DNA of 64,000 bases from Vitrella brassicaformis CCMP3155. Taxonomy: Eukaryota > Protista > Chromerida. The position numbers and the translations under genes were made by a program. The notes beneath the pieces were generated by a model that ran no database searches, was not told where the DNA came from, and saw only the letters and a program-made list of their open reading frames with translations. Numbering within the stretch: position 1 is the stretch's first letter; each line of letters begins with the position of its first letter. The stretch lies in contig CDMY01000464.1 of the NCBI GenBank assembly GCA_001179505.1, positions 1-64,000 of the forward strand, read 5' to 3'. Below are positions 63,151 through 64,000 of the stretch, piece after piece.

Positions 63151-64000
63151 ATGGTAGACCGTCTTACATGTGTGGGCAAGACCGTCGCCGCGCCCAACCT
63201 CACTCAGTCACGCAAGTGCTCCGTGCCCTCATCCTTCCCTCCCCGACCAACCTCCACCCAGGCCTGGGATGAAGCCGAAGCACTGGCCGAGATCCCACAT
63301 GACGCCCACGAGGAGCTGCTGATCCGGGGCAGACCAGCGGGGCTCCGTCCTTCCACCGCCCCGTTGCATCCACCCGGCACTCGGGACACTGGCAGCGGTG
63401 GTGGTGGTGGTGGTGGCAGTAGGTCGCGTCGGTTCAGTCAAGCCGACAGGTTTCTGCAGCGGCTGTGTGAGCAGAGCCAACAGGAGCTCAACAGCGGCAT
63501 CTATGCAGAGGGCGGCTACCATCGGAGCTCTACCCATCCTGATGCCGCTGCAAGAGGACCACCACCAGCAGCAGCAGCATCGGCATCGGCGCAGAGCCAG
63601 GCGGGGGCGGCTTCACCGTTCTCGCGTCCCGCGCGGCCGAATCGTCCACCGATTTCACCCACATGGCCTACCCTGCAGTCGAGTCCGTCTTACCATGCGG
63701 CACATGCGGTGAGCAGGGCGGCGAGGGAGAGGGGCACGCTGCCGTATCAGCGGCCCGATGGTGTGGCGCCCCTTCTGCCCCCTTCCTGGCGGCAGCACCC
63801 CTTTGCCGGCCTCTCGTCCTCAACCAGCAGCCATGCGACGACCGTCAGGAGCCTTGCAAGAGAACACGAAGGCCAAGACGGTGACAAATCTCCGCCGAAG
63901 CAGCAGCAGCAGCAGCAGCAGGAGAACGGCGAAGAAACGGATATGTTGACAATTCACGTGGCGGACGACCGGCGGGGCGTGCAGAAGGAGTATCGGTGCT
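63151..64000 (+). CDS. 5' part of a probable DUF3342/SANBR (KIAA1841)-like protein, truncated by the window end
   Basis: Stop-free frame from ATG 63151 to the window end (absent from the ORF track because it has no stop). It ends MLTIHVADDRRGVQKEYRC, resembling the recalled DUF3342 start (IHV.DE....DF.C). Confidence 0.5.
   Translation, partial: MVDRLTCVGKTVAAPNLTQSRKCSVPSSFPPRPTSTQAWDEAEALAEIPHDAHEELLIRGRPAGLRPSTAPLHPPGTRDTGSGGGGGGGSRSRRFSQADRFLQRLCEQSQQELNSGIYAEGGYHRSSTHPDAAARGPPPAAAASASAQSQAGAASPFSRPARPNRPPISPTWPTLQSSPSYHAAHAVSRAARERGTLPYQRPDGVAPLLPPSWRQHPFAGLSSSTSSHATTVRSLAREHEGQDGDKSPPKQQQQQQQENGEETDMLTIHVADDRRGVQKEYRC

Larger units (their letters stand above)
1..64000. repeat. Dispersed microsatellites (CA/GT, GATG/CATC, TCTG/CAGA, CACAA, CT), mainly in introns and UTRs
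   Basis: Examples at 19946-20007, 23084-23157, 37795-37835 and 41757-41825. They explain the many spurious VCVCVC, HTHTH and SIHP ORFs. Confidence 0.95.

Noticed and set aside
1-64000. Hundreds of overlapping ORFs rich in VCVC, HTHT, SIHP and DGWMDG
   Set aside because: They are translations of intronic microsatellites or antisense/alternate frames of GC-rich exons, and many begin at TTG/GTG.
1-64000. tRNA, rRNA, snRNA, CRISPR array or transposase
   Set aside because: No T-loop/cloverleaf, snRNA signature, spaced repeat array or DDE/RT/HUH motif was recognised by eye; a covariance-model scan would be needed to exclude divergent RNAs.

Overview
Eukaryotic, GC-rich, intron-dense genomic DNA. 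The many short introns are filled with (CA)n, (GATG)n and (TCTG)n microsatellites. An alveolin, an apicomplexan-type COX5B and the intron style point to a chromerid alveolate, most likely Vitrella brassicaformis (inference). Manual splicing and translation give about 20 genes: a RetSat/phytoene-desaturase-like oxidoreductase; a large secreted Cys-repeat/malectin/PAN/GH16 protein whose GH16 catalytic motif is mutated (EIDIIE to QINLIE); an alveolin; a COG2521-type methyltransferase; a divergent centrin; a MATCAP/KIAA0895-like tubulin carboxypeptidase; GCP2; an orphan Zn-ribbon plus IPT/TIG protein; an Mx-like dynamin; METTL13; an NADH-dehydrogenase-like/SelD fusion; a cytosolic-type GST; TFIIIC tau95; CenH3; COX5B; a GST-kappa; a second Cys-repeat secreted protein; and several orphans. 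Most genes sit in head-to-head pairs. The 40.3-47.1 kb interval is a mosaic containing a 1.65-kb segmental duplication, a deleted class II HDAC relic and a frameshifted paralog fragment. No rRNA, tRNA, CRISPR array or transposase was recognised. All family assignments come from recalled motifs, not database searches, and exon boundaries are manual.
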